This document shows, piece by piece, positions 38,163 through 47,906 of a DNA stretch of 64,000 bases. The notes under the pieces are model-generated. The model made no database searches, was not told the origin of the DNA, and saw only the letters and a program-made list of their open reading frames with translations. The position numbers were made by a program, and so were the translations under genes. Location: the NCBI GenBank assembly GCA_040386535.1, contig JAZKFH010000033.1, forward strand, positions 1-64,000, given 5' to 3'. Position 1 is the stretch's first letter. Every line of letters starts with the position of its first letter. This stretch comes from Myxococcota bacterium. Lineage in GTDB: Bacteria; Myxococcota_A; UBA796; SXON01.

Positions 38163-39101
38163 CTAGTAGAAGCCGCCGCGTACCAGGGTGTACGAGGAGC
38201 TCGGCTCCAGCACGATCTCGGCGCGGCTCTGCGCGTCGAGCCGGACCACCCCCCCGGTCGGGGAGAAGAGGAGCCAGGAGGCGTCACCGGGGTCATAAGC
38301 ACAGGCGGTCACGTCGGTCAGGCCGCCGCCGTAGACGGCAACCGGGCGCGAGCTCCCCGCGGCGAGGTCGGCCACGGAGTAGAAGGCGCCGGCGCCGGAG
38401 CAGGTGTACGGCTCGTCGCCCGGGCCGGTGAAGACCATGCGGGCGCGCGCCGCGCTCCCGTCGTAATCGGTGAAGAGCACGCTCGGGGGTGAGCCGCCGC
38501 CGGACCACTTGTAGAGGTCGGGCGCGCCATCGTCCGCGTCGGTCGCGTAGATCGAGCCGTCCGCCGCGAGCCCGACCCCGGAGAGCGCGGTGACGGGAGA
38601 CTCGAACGGGGCGGTGTCGGCCACGTCGTCGACCGCGCTCCACGAGTCCACGCCGTCCCCCGTGGCGATGTAGACGACGCCTCCGGTGACGACCATGTCG
38701 AGCACGTCGGGGAACGAGGCGGTGGCGCGCGAGATCGCGCCGTCGGAGGCGAGCTGGTAGAGCGAGCCGGAGGACGCGATGTAGGCTGCGCCGGAGTCCG
38801 GATCGTAGGCGACCGGCCCCACGGTGTCGCCGAGATCGGTCCAGGCGGCGACCTGCGCCCCGCTCGCGTCGAACGCGAGGACGCGGCTGGCCGAGGAGTT
38901 CACCCCCGAGACCACCCAGCCCCGTGTCGGCACGACGATGTCGGTATCGGTGTCGGTGTCCGTGTCGGTATCGGTGTCCGTATCGGCATCCGTGTCGGTG
39001 TCCGTGTCCGCGGGCTCGGCGCACGCCTCGTCCGCGGCACAAACGATCTCGACGACCTCGAACACGTGGCAGCCGGCGAGGGCCAACGACAAGGGGATCA
39101 C
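38163..39101 (-). CDS. Lipoprotein with a DT-repeat linker and a probable beta-propeller
   Basis: GTG overlaps S8 stop (GTGA 39101-39098); LAGC lipobox; (DT)n linker; YDPDSG, ADGSIYAT and GPGDEPY blade-like motifs. Confidence 0.8.
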   Translation of the reverse strand: MIPLSLALAGCHVFEVVEIVCAADEACAEPADTDTDTDADTDTDTDTDTDTDTDIVVPTRGWVVSGVNSSASRVLAFDASGAQVAAWTDLGDTVGPVAYDPDSGAAYIASSGSLYQLASDGAISRATASFPDVLDMVVTGGVVYIATGDGVDSWSAVDDVADTAPFESPVTALSGVGLAADGSIYATDADDGAPDLYKWSGGGSPPSVLFTDYDGSAARARMVFTGPGDEPYTCSGAGAFYSVADLAAGSSRPVAVYGGGLTDVTACAYDPGDASWLLFSPTGGVVRLDAQSRAEIVLEPSSSYTLVRGGFY

Positions 39102-40606
39102 GCGCGTCTCCGACGAAGCAACGACAACCATAGCAGGGAGGGGGCGAACACGGCGGCGATCGACCCCTTCGCGCAGCCCGAACCACCCCCGCTTCCGGGC
39201 GGGGGCAGCCGCGCGTAACCCGCCCCCAACGCGCCGTCGGGCTCCTCCCACGTCGCGCGCCCCGAGATCGCGTTCGAGCTTAGGCGGTCGGCCGCCTCGC
39301 GGGGCGTGAGCAGCGGATCCTCCGCGAGGAGGAGCGCGATCGCGGCGGCGACGGCGGGGGTGGCGGCGGAGGTGCCGTAGAAGGCGCGCACGCCGTACAC
39401 GCCGGTGGTGAGGCCGTCCGGCCCGGCGATGTCCGGCTTGGGGTAGCCCGCGTGGGTGGGCCCGGTGGACGAGAAGGCCTCGCTGCTGTTGCCGAGGTAC
39501 CCCTCGGCCCGCACGGCGCCGACGGTGTAGGCGGAGGGATGGCTCGCCGGGTCGGCGAGGCTGCCGGGCTCGGTGCGCCACAGCTCTCCGCCGCGCGCGA
39601 ACACGGAGAAGCGTGTGGACGGATCCCCCGCGCGGAGCACGACCTGGATCCAGTACCAGTCCGTCTGCGCGGTCGAGACGCGCACCCGCTCGACCGGCGA
39701 GCAGTTGTCCGCGTCGGGCTCCTGGCGGGCCTCGGCGCGCCCCACCACGTTCCCGGCGCGATCGTAGACGTACACGTCCAGATCCGTGTCGCCGCAGGCG
39801 CCGAACTGGTCCCACGACACCTGCACGCTCTGGGTGCCGGCGCCGTAGTAGACCGGCAGGTAGCTGCTCTCCCAGGGAAAGTCGTGGGCGCCGTCCCCGT
39901 CGGGATCCTCGTAGTCGCCGACCCAGTGCTCCTCGGCGTAGTTGCCCGCCGAGTTCACCAGGAGCACACCGCCGGCGGCCAGGATGTCGACCGCGGCGTT
40001 CACGCCGCCGCTACCGTCGTGAAAGCTGTTGTTGAAGAACGACATCGACATGCTCACGACGTCGATTCCCTCGCGCACCGCCCACGCCGCCGCGTTCTCG
40101 AGCGTGGTCTGCCCGTTCACGCGCACGAGGTGCAGCTCCACCCCCGGCGCGATGTCGCGGATCACCTGGGCGCACGCCACGCCGTGGCTGCCCTCCTCGA
40201 AGCCGTAGCGCGGCCGGAAGGTGTCCATCGGCAGGTCACAGGAGCGGTGGGTCTGACAGTCGTGCGTGGTGACGTCGCCGAGCTCGTCCGCCCAGAGCCC
40301 CGTGTCGAACCACTGCACGTCGAAGACGGCGACCTTGATCCCCTCCCCGGTGATGCCCGCCTCGTGCCAGGCCGCGGCGCCGAGGGCCTCGATCCCCTCG
40401 ACGGCGTCGTAGCTGTCGAGCGACGGCGCCTCCTCGACCGACCACTTCGTGCCGGGCGCCGGCGGGGCGAGCAGCACGCTCCCTCGCTCGCTCGTGGCCT
40501 CCGCGCCGGGGACATCCGGAATCTCGACCCGCACCCGATCGGTGGGCCCTACCTCGGGGAGGTCGGCGGCGCGGACCGGGAGGGACAGGAGGAGGAGCAC
40601 GAGCAC
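39098..40606 (-). CDS. S8 (subtilisin-like) serine peptidase with a MYXO-CTERM-like tail
   Basis: VAVFD, HGVAC, SAGN, KPDIAGP and GTSAATP; C-terminal GGGSGC + hydrophobic stretch + RRRR. Confidence 0.9.
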   Translation of the reverse strand: MLVLLLLSLPVRAADLPEVGPTDRVRVEIPDVPGAEATSERGSVLLAPPAPGTKWSVEEAPSLDSYDAVEGIEALGAAAWHEAGITGEGIKVAVFDVQWFDTGLWADELGDVTTHDCQTHRSCDLPMDTFRPRYGFEEGSHGVACAQVIRDIAPGVELHLVRVNGQTTLENAAAWAVREGIDVVSMSMSFFNNSFHDGSGGVNAAVDILAAGGVLLVNSAGNYAEEHWVGDYEDPDGDGAHDFPWESSYLPVYYGAGTQSVQVSWDQFGACGDTDLDVYVYDRAGNVVGRAEARQEPDADNCSPVERVRVSTAQTDWYWIQVVLRAGDPSTRFSVFARGGELWRTEPGSLADPASHPSAYTVGAVRAEGYLGNSSEAFSSTGPTHAGYPKPDIAGPDGLTTGVYGVRAFYGTSAATPAVAAAIALLLAEDPLLTPREAADRLSSNAISGRATWEEPDGALGAGYARLPPPGSGGGSGCAKGSIAAVFAPSLLWLSLLRRRRA

Positions 40607-40620
40607 CCGGGCATTGTTCC

Positions 40621-42042
40621 TCACCCGCGGCGCACCGTCCACGGCGGGCCGTCGGGGCTCCACGCGGGGAGGCCGCCGGGCGCCGGGCCGGACCCGACGA
40701 CGCCGAGCCAGGTGTCCGTCGCGAGGCCGTCGCGGAGCTTGCGCACGGCATCGGGGACCACTGCGCCGGGATCCGTGAGCGTGTCGTCCCCCACGACGAG
40801 CACCGCGATCGGCGGCCCGGGCACCCGCGCGAGGGCGCGCACGGCGGCCTCGACCTCCTCACAATCGGTGACGTCGACGCGGTAGACGGGGCCGTCCGCC
40901 ACCGGCGGCAGCTCCGTCCCCGGCGGCGCGACGAGCACGACGCGGCGCTGGCGGGCCAGGACCGGCAGGAGCGCGGCGGCGAGCGCGCCCGCCGGGTCGC
41001 CGAGCCCCGCTGGGTCGCCGGAGAGGACGGTGGGGGCGGCCACGCGGAAGGCGACCGCGCCGTCGATCAAGGAGGGGCCGCCAGGGAGCAGGGGCGGCGC
41101 GGGGTGGCGCCGGAGGACCGCGGGGAGGCGCGTGGCGTGGCGGCGAAACGTGTAGACGCCGCCGGCCCCGAGCAGGAAGGCCACGACGAGGGCGACGGGC
41201 GAGGTGGAGCCCGTGGGAACCGCTTCTCGCGTCGCGACCGGAGATCGCTCGGGCTGGGGCGCGGGGGGCGGTGTCTCCTGTACCGCGGGGGGTGGGCTCG
41301 GCTCCGTGGGCGCCTGTGGCACGGGCACGGGAGGCGCCCCGCCGTTCGCCTCCTCGTCCGGCGCGCGGAAGGGGATGACCGGAAAGACCTCCATCCGGCT
41401 GGTCCCCGCCGCGCCGTCGACCACGAGGTAGCCCAGCGCCGCCGTCGGATCCCACGTGAGCGTGCCGTAGGAGCGGGTCGCCCCGTCCTTCCCGTTGATG
41501 AACACCTCGGCGCGGCCGCCCGGCGAGGGCCCCGCGCAGCCGTGGACGGCGTCGTTGCGGGCGCCGTCCGGAAACACCCCGTCGTCTCGGCACATCAGCT
41601 CGACCCCGCCCTGGCCGCCCTGGAGCCGCACCACGGGGGCCGACGCCTCGCCCAGGCCCGTCACGCGCACGACGACGGTGACCGCCCCCGGGTTGGGCGT
41701 GGCCGGCGCGGGCTCGAGGCGGGCGCCCGTGGTCACCGCGCCGCCGGCGATCAGCAGATCGAGGTCCGCGCCATCAAACTGCACTTTTCCTGCATCGAGC
41801 AGGCGGCCGTCCCGGAGGACCCCCACCTGGACCGGGCCGGTCACGGGCGGGAGGGGCCCGCAGGTCCACACGGAGTCGGCGGCGGCGTCGGGAGCGGAGC
41901 CGGCGTCGTTGCAGGCGATCGCGGCCACCTCGTCGTCTCTCTGGACGAGCAACGCGACCGCGCGGGCCTGTCCCAAGCCACCCACCCGCGCGACCGGCGC
42001 GGCCGCGAGCGCCGTGGAGACGGCGAGCAGGACCAGGCTCAT
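40621..42042 (-). CDS. Membrane-anchored protein with two choice-of-anchor-X-like motifs
   Basis: CNDAGSAPDAAADSVWTC and CRDDGVFPDGARNDAVHGC; Pro-rich linker; one TM segment; cytoplasmic tail. Confidence 0.65.
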   Translation of the reverse strand: MSLVLLAVSTALAAAPVARVGGLGQARAVALLVQRDDEVAAIACNDAGSAPDAAADSVWTCGPLPPVTGPVQVGVLRDGRLLDAGKVQFDGADLDLLIAGGAVTTGARLEPAPATPNPGAVTVVVRVTGLGEASAPVVRLQGGQGGVELMCRDDGVFPDGARNDAVHGCAGPSPGGRAEVFINGKDGATRSYGTLTWDPTAALGYLVVDGAAGTSRMEVFPVIPFRAPDEEANGGAPPVPVPQAPTEPSPPPAVQETPPPAPQPERSPVATREAVPTGSTSPVALVVAFLLGAGGVYTFRRHATRLPAVLRRHPAPPLLPGGPSLIDGAVAFRVAAPTVLSGDPAGLGDPAGALAAALLPVLARQRRVVLVAPPGTELPPVADGPVYRVDVTDCEEVEAAVRALARVPGPPIAVLVVGDDTLTDPGAVVPDAVRKLRDGLATDTWLGVVGSGPAPGGLPAWSPDGPPWTVRRG

Positions 42043-42148
42043 CCGCGCCCCATGCGGCGCCACGCTACCGAAATCCAGGGCGCCGTGGAAGGGATCCGCG
42101 AAAGAGAATGCGTGCTACCATGGTTGAACCTGTGGTCGGACCCCGCTG

Positions 42149-43615
42149 ATGGACGAACACGACTCCCCCGGACTCCCCCCCCGCGTAGCGCCCGGCGCCG
42201 CGGGAGGTGTCGTCGTTGCCGGGCGATACCGGGTCGAACGCCTGATTGCCCGCGGTGGCATGGCCGCCGTTTTCCTGGCGGAACACATCGCGCTCCGCCG
42301 GCGCGTGGCGCTGAAGATCCTGCATCCGCCGCCGGATGCCGAGGAGTCGGGCAACTTCGAGAAACGGTTCCGCCTCGAGGCGGAGACCCTCGCCACCCTC
42401 GACCACCCGAACATCGTGACCCTGTACGACTACGGCGAGGCGGAGGACGGCCGGTTCTACCTCGCGATGGAGTACATCGAGGGGCCGCGGTTCACGGACA
42501 TCCTCGGGCACGGCGCCCTGGCCCCAGATCGGGCCATCCGCCTCATCCTCGAGGTGTGCGCGGGCTTGCGCTACGCGCACAAGCGGGGCGTCATCCACCG
42601 CGATCTGAAGCCGTCGAACCTGCTCATCGGCACCGACAGCGAGGGCGGCGAGCGCGTCAAGGTGGTGGACTTCGGCCTGGTCAAGGTGGCCGAGATCGAC
42701 CAGTTCCTGACCCGCGAGGGGCTCGTGCTCGGCTCGCCGCACTGCATGGCGCCCGAGCAGGTGCGCGGCGGCGACATCGACCAGCGCGCCGACATCTACG
42801 CCATCGGCGTGCTCCTGTTCCGCTCGCTCACCGGGGTGTACCCCTTCCACGGCGCCACCAGCACCGCCACGATGGTGGCGCACCTGAACGAGCCCATCCC
42901 CACGTTCGCCTCCGTCGCGCCCGAGCTCCGCGTGCCCGCGCGCCTCGAGGATGTCGTCCGGCGCTGCCTGGCCAAGCGCCAGGCCGACCGCTACCCCGAC
43001 GTGAAGGCGCTGATGGAGGATCTGAAGATCTGCATCGGCATGCGCGCGGAGGACGACACGACCTCGCGCTCCTTCAGCGGGAGCCTGCCCTCCCAGACCG
43101 AGCCGACCGATCCTACGGCACCCGCCGCCAAGCCGCGTACCAAGGCACGCTCGCTCCTCCAACGTTGGCCGCTGGTCCTCCTCGGGCTGGTCGTGCTGCT
43201 CTCGTTGTCCAGCGTCGCCTACCTGGTCGGGCAACAGGATTCCCGGAGCGTCCCGGGCCCGGAAGTGCCCATGGGCGCGAGCGCGTCGGGGGTGGCGGTG
43301 GGCGGCGCGCCGGTCGCGGTCGAGCCCGTCGCGGCGCCGCTCCCCGAGCCCGTTTCTCCCACCCCTCCGACCGGTACGGGCGAGGACGTGCAGCCGGTGG
43401 GCGAGGCCCCGGCCCCCCCGGTGACCGCCAAGAACCAAGGGACGCCTCCGCCGGGAGACAAGCCGCCACCGAAGGACATGTCACGGCGGCGGAAGGTCAC
43501 GAATCCCGATGGTACGACTTCCACAACTCCGGGCACTGTTGTAGAGTCGCCAACGAACGGGGCGTACATGGGGCTCGACGAATTCGACAAACAAGCCGGA
43601 GACAAGCCCAAATGA
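42149..43615 (+). CDS. Membrane Ser/Thr protein kinase (Hanks type)
   Basis: ARGGMAAV, VALK, IHRDLKPSN, DFG, MAPE and DIYAIG motifs; one TM segment. Confidence 0.95.
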   Translation: MDEHDSPGLPPRVAPGAAGGVVVAGRYRVERLIARGGMAAVFLAEHIALRRRVALKILHPPPDAEESGNFEKRFRLEAETLATLDHPNIVTLYDYGEAEDGRFYLAMEYIEGPRFTDILGHGALAPDRAIRLILEVCAGLRYAHKRGVIHRDLKPSNLLIGTDSEGGERVKVVDFGLVKVAEIDQFLTREGLVLGSPHCMAPEQVRGGDIDQRADIYAIGVLLFRSLTGVYPFHGATSTATMVAHLNEPIPTFASVAPELRVPARLEDVVRRCLAKRQADRYPDVKALMEDLKICIGMRAEDDTTSRSFSGSLPSQTEPTDPTAPAAKPRTKARSLLQRWPLVLLGLVVLLSLSSVAYLVGQQDSRSVPGPEVPMGASASGVAVGGAPVAVEPVAAPLPEPVSPTPPTGTGEDVQPVGEAPAPPVTAKNQGTPPPGDKPPPKDMSRRRKVTNPDGTTSTTPGTVVESPTNGAYMGLDEFDKQAGDKPK

Positions 43616-46185
43616 GGCCGTCCCCATACGCCTCCCCCCGGCTGTCCCTGCCGCTCCTGTTGCTCGCCTTGGCCTCCTGGGTGCCCGAGGCGCGCGCCGA
43701 GCCAAAGGACGACGCGCGGCGCCATTTCGTGGCAGGCCTCACCGCCGCACAAGCCAAGGACTACGCGCTCGCCCTCGAGGAATTCCTCGCCGCGCAGGAT
43801 GTGTATCCCCACCCGGCGACCCTCTACAACATCGCCCGCTCCTACAACGATCTCGGCAACCTGGACAAGGCGCTCGAGTACTACCAACTGTACCGTGGTG
43901 CTGCTCCGGAGAAGGCGGCCGACGTCGACCCGGTCATCGCGGTCATCGCGGCCCAGCTCGCCCAGCAGCGCGCGCCCGCGGCGGTCGCGGCGGTGACGCC
44001 CGCTCCCAAGCCGGCGCTCGCCACCGGCGTCGATCGTGCCGAGGTGGAGCGGATCAACGCCATCGCGCAGGAGCTCCAGGCCCTCTCCCAGACCCTCGCC
44101 GATCGGGCGGCGGCCCAGGCGGCGGCGCCCGCGGTGGTGGAGAGCACGGAGCCCGTGGCGGAGGGCACGGCCCCGATCGACACGCCGGAAACGGCCCCGA
44201 CGGAGCCGACAGACACCGCGCTCCCCGACCAGGGAGACCTGCTCTCCGGCGCCTACGAGCGCGTCGTCGTCACGGCCTCCCGCTACGGCCAGTCCCCGCT
44301 CGACTCCCCCTCGACCGTCACGATCCTCACCGAGCAGGACATCCGCCTCTCCGGCGCCTCGACCATCCCCGACGTGTTGCGCCGCGTGGCCGGCATCGAC
44401 GTGATGTTCCTCTCCGCCGGCCAGGCCGACCTGTCGATCCGCGGGTTCAACCGGGAGTTCTCGAACAAGGTCCTGGTCCTCGTGGACGGGCGGAGCGTCT
44501 ACCTCGATTTTCTCGGCATCGTGAGCTGGGCGGTGCTCGGCATCGGCCTGGAAGAGATCGAGCGCATCGAGGTCATCCGTGGGCCGGGCTCCGCCATCTA
44601 CGGCGCCAACGCCATGACCGGCGTGGTCAACATCATCACCAAGGTGCCGGGCGAGGGCGAGAGCCTGGTCCACGTCGAGGGGGGCTCGCCCTCCTACGTG
44701 CGCGGCACCGTGATGGTCGATGGGCGCAAGGAGCGCACGTCCTGGCGCATGAGCGCCGGGTGGGACCAGACGGGCCGGTGGTCCGAGGCGCTCCCCGTCG
44801 AGGAGGATGGCGCGCTGGTCCCGCTGCTCGACGACCAGGTGCACGCCTGGAAGGGCGCGCGCGCGGACGCCCGCATCGACCAGGGCTTCCTCGACAAGGG
44901 CCTCGCGTCGGTGTCGGCCGGCTACGTCCGCGGCACCAACGAGTTCTACGCCCTCGGCGCGCTGGGCGCGTTCGCGATGGACTACTCGGGCGGCTTCGCC
45001 CGCGGGGACCTCTCCTACGGCCCGGTCCACCTCCGCACCTTCTACAACGGGCTCTCTGGGCCCGTGGGGCCGTGGGCCAGCTACGCCGGCGGCCGCTCGC
45101 TCGACACGACGTTCGACTCCGATACCGTGGATGTCGAGCTCGAAGCCAACGCCGGCTTCAAGACCGGCACGATCGCCCACCGCCTGAACGCCGGCGTCGG
45201 GTACCGCTACAAGAGCATCACCTGGGGGTACATCAACCTCGGCGAGCCCTTGTTCGAGCACCACTTCAGCGCCTTTCTCCAGGAGCAGGCCAAGCTGGGC
45301 CCGCTCACGGTCGTCGGCTCGCTGCGCGCCGACCGCACGCCGCTCGTCCCCGTGGAGCAGACCCTCTCGCCGCGCGGCGCCGCCATCCTCCGCGTCGCCG
45401 ACCAGACGAGCGTGCGCCTCACCGGCGGCACCTCCTACCGGTCGCCCACGTTCATCGAGAGCTACATCGACCTGGCGCAGCCGAGCTCGGTCACCGGCGT
45501 GTATGTCAGCACCAAGGGCGATCCCGACCTGCTCCCGGAGCGCATCCTCACGGGCGAGATCGGGATCCACGACGAGTCGACGAGCTACCACGTGGCCGAC
45601 GCCGCGGCGTATGTGAACCGCGTGACGAATCTCATCGGCCTGCGCGACGTGACCCGGAGCTACAGCCCCTACGATCCCGACCTGAACGGATTCTCCGCCG
45701 GTGAGACCGGGTTCGTGAACCTCGAGCCGACCTACCTCGCGGTGGGCGGCGAGGTCGAGGCCCGCGTGTTCCCCCTCGACGGGCTGGACGTGTACGCCAA
45801 CGTCGCCGTGGAGCGGATCCTCGAGCAGGACGGCCCCACGGTCGCGCCGGACGAGTCCACCTCCCTGGTCAAGGTGAACGGCGGCGTGATGTACCGGAGC
45901 CCGTGGCGCGTCGATCTCGGCGCCCACGTGAACTACGTGTCTCCCCAGGTGTGGCGCCTCCGCGAGTTCGACGTGGCCGGGCAGGTCGTGCCCCGCGACG
46001 TCGCGGTGCCCGCGCGCACGATCATCACCGCGCGCGTGGCCGTGCGCCCCTTCGCGGATGACAAGATCGAGGTCGCCGCCTCCGGGTGGAACCTCGGCGC
46101 GCTGGCGGGCAACACGTTCCGCGAGCACCCAAACGGCCAACTCGTCGGCGCCCGCTATTGGGGCGAGCTCACCTGGAGGTACTGA
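43612..46185 (+). CDS. TonB-dependent receptor with an N-terminal TPR domain
   Basis: ATGA overlap with kinase; TPR (TLYNIARSYNDLG); VVVTASR TonB-box-like segment; plug motifs SIRGF, VLVLVDGR, IERIEVIRGPGSAIYGANAMTGVVNIITK; C-terminal aromatic residue. Confidence 0.93.
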   Translation: MRPSPYASPRLSLPLLLLALASWVPEARAEPKDDARRHFVAGLTAAQAKDYALALEEFLAAQDVYPHPATLYNIARSYNDLGNLDKALEYYQLYRGAAPEKAADVDPVIAVIAAQLAQQRAPAAVAAVTPAPKPALATGVDRAEVERINAIAQELQALSQTLADRAAAQAAAPAVVESTEPVAEGTAPIDTPETAPTEPTDTALPDQGDLLSGAYERVVVTASRYGQSPLDSPSTVTILTEQDIRLSGASTIPDVLRRVAGIDVMFLSAGQADLSIRGFNREFSNKVLVLVDGRSVYLDFLGIVSWAVLGIGLEEIERIEVIRGPGSAIYGANAMTGVVNIITKVPGEGESLVHVEGGSPSYVRGTVMVDGRKERTSWRMSAGWDQTGRWSEALPVEEDGALVPLLDDQVHAWKGARADARIDQGFLDKGLASVSAGYVRGTNEFYALGALGAFAMDYSGGFARGDLSYGPVHLRTFYNGLSGPVGPWASYAGGRSLDTTFDSDTVDVELEANAGFKTGTIAHRLNAGVGYRYKSITWGYINLGEPLFEHHFSAFLQEQAKLGPLTVVGSLRADRTPLVPVEQTLSPRGAAILRVADQTSVRLTGGTSYRSPTFIESYIDLAQPSSVTGVYVSTKGDPDLLPERILTGEIGIHDESTSYHVADAAAYVNRVTNLIGLRDVTRSYSPYDPDLNGFSAGETGFVNLEPTYLAVGGEVEARVFPLDGLDVYANVAVERILEQDGPTVAPDESTSLVKVNGGVMYRSPWRVDLGAHVNYVSPQVWRLREFDVAGQVVPRDVAVPARTIITARVAVRPFADDKIEVAASGWNLGALAGNTFREHPNGQLVGARYWGELTWRY

Positions 46186-46186
46186 C

Positions 46187-47260
46187 ATGGCCGTCCTGCT
46201 GCTCCTGGCCGCCTGTGCCTACGAGGTCCCCACGGATCCCGACGCGCCCGACGTGCTCAATGTCCTCTCCGGTACCGTGGTCATCAGCGGTCCCGACGAG
46301 GTGGCCGACACGGTCGTGGTGCTCTACGACGCCAACCAACCCCCGCCGCCCACGGGCACGGGGCGCCCGGTCAGCTTCGCGACAGTGCCCGCCGATGCCT
46401 TCACCGACCCCGAGGCCGGCGGCATCCGCTCCGCACCCTGGGCACTGACCGAGGTGCCGGACGGCGAGTGGCTCGTGTCCGCGCTCATGGATGTCGACGG
46501 CGACTTCAACCCCGTCACCACGTCCAACTCGGGCAGCACGTGTGGGGACTGGTCGGGCGCCTACTACACCAGCCTCACGTCCGGGATCCCGGCGGTGGTC
46601 TCGGTCGGCGGCGGCGAGCACCTCGACGAGATCACGGTGACCGTGGCGCGCGAGGTGGCCATCGAGCGGCCCGCCTTCGAGATCGTGGTGAACGACACAA
46701 CCGATGCCACGATCGACATGGCCTTCGGCAGCACGTTCCAGCTCCAGAGCATCGGGGTCCAATCCGAGGTCTACGATCTCGAGGGCCCGTACGACGGCAC
46801 GGACCAATGTGACACGGCGTTCTGGTTCTACTCGACCGACGCGGATGGTGACGGCGCGGCGGACGCACATCCCAACGCCACCTTCGCGGCCAGCGGCGCG
46901 AAGGACTTCTGGCCGCGCGTGTACCTGCGCAACAGCGAGGGCACGCCTCCAGGCGAGTTCTACGGCAGCGAGGCCATCTCCGGCACGGCGCTGTTCGGCG
47001 GGGGCCTCAACCCGGTGAATTCGCCGGTCCCCAGCACCACCTACGATCTGCTGTTTCCGGGCGCGGCGGTGTATGTGTACGCGGACGGTACGCAGGAGAG
47101 TGTCGCCGACCCCGCGCTCATCCCGCGCGGCGAGTGGTCGGTCACGGTGGTGCAGTTCACCGGGCAGCTCTGGACCCTGCCGAACGTGCTGGTCGAATAC
47201 CCCGCGGCGGACGAGAGCTTCGATCCGGCGCTGCAGGGGATGTCGCTCACGATCCAGTAG
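46187..47260 (+). CDS. Lipoprotein associated with the TonB-dependent receptor
   Basis: GGAGG RBS; starts 1 nt after the receptor stop; LAAC lipobox. Confidence 0.8.
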   Translation: MAVLLLLAACAYEVPTDPDAPDVLNVLSGTVVISGPDEVADTVVVLYDANQPPPPTGTGRPVSFATVPADAFTDPEAGGIRSAPWALTEVPDGEWLVSALMDVDGDFNPVTTSNSGSTCGDWSGAYYTSLTSGIPAVVSVGGGEHLDEITVTVAREVAIERPAFEIVVNDTTDATIDMAFGSTFQLQSIGVQSEVYDLEGPYDGTDQCDTAFWFYSTDADGDGAADAHPNATFAASGAKDFWPRVYLRNSEGTPPGEFYGSEAISGTALFGGGLNPVNSPVPSTTYDLLFPGAAVYVYADGTQESVADPALIPRGEWSVTVVQFTGQLWTLPNVLVEYPAADESFDPALQGMSLTIQ

Positions 47261-47855
47261 CGGGAAGCTCGTCCTCCCCGTTGGGTACCGAGGTGAGCGC
47301 CTCGACGGCATCGATGTCTGCGCCGACGGTCCGCTCCGACTGGCCGCCCTCGTTCGGGTCGTCGGTGAGGCGGATATAGGCGAACAAGCTCGATGAGCCG
47401 TGGCCGAACGCATCGATGTCGATGGTCGTCGTCGAGCCGAAGATGGTGCCCACGGGGAGCCAGGTGGCGTTGTCGGCGCTGATCTCGACGAGCGTGTCCT
47501 CGATGTCCGGACCTACTTCGTAGATGCAGAGGTCCGCCGTGTCATCGTCACTTCCGGCCAGGAGGTTGTCGGTGAATCCGACCGTGACGCTGCCGCCGTC
47601 CCCGAGGCTCACGAACGTGCAGACACCTTGCGATTCGCAGGCGTTCACCCCGTCGTAATCCGGCGCCCCCAGCGCGTTGTCGCCACCGCCGTGGGGCTCG
47701 GTCGGTTCCCCATCGGAGATGACCGGGGAATAGCCGAGCAGCACATCGGCAAAAGCGTCGTTGGTCGGAGCCTCGTCGAGCGCGGGTGGTGCCGCGCGAC
47801 AAGCGAAGGACAGCAGTGCGAGCCCGAGAGGTGCGATTCGTGCCACTTCCAACAT
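47247..47855 (-). CDS. Secreted/lipoprotein cell-surface beta-sandwich protein
   Basis: SFAC lipobox-like; NALGAPD, FVSLGDGGSVTVGFTDN, DLCIYEVG and GADIDAV motifs. Confidence 0.7.
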   Translation of the reverse strand: MLEVARIAPLGLALLSFACRAAPPALDEAPTNDAFADVLLGYSPVISDGEPTEPHGGGDNALGAPDYDGVNACESQGVCTFVSLGDGGSVTVGFTDNLLAGSDDDTADLCIYEVGPDIEDTLVEISADNATWLPVGTIFGSTTTIDIDAFGHGSSSLFAYIRLTDDPNEGGQSERTVGADIDAVEALTSVPNGEDELPATGS

Positions 47856-47906
47856 GGTTTGCCTCGACGTTCGCCTGTCAACATACTCCGACCTCCCGAA
47901 CGGGGC

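Noticed and set aside
38941..39010. 6-bp tandem repeat
   Set aside because: Encodes a (DT)n linker with synonymous variation; ordinary low-complexity protein
41104..43611. Kinase-receptor fusion suggested by the 1693-aa ORF
   Set aside because: The kinase is in a different frame and ends at 43615; the receptor starts at 43612 with its own signal peptide
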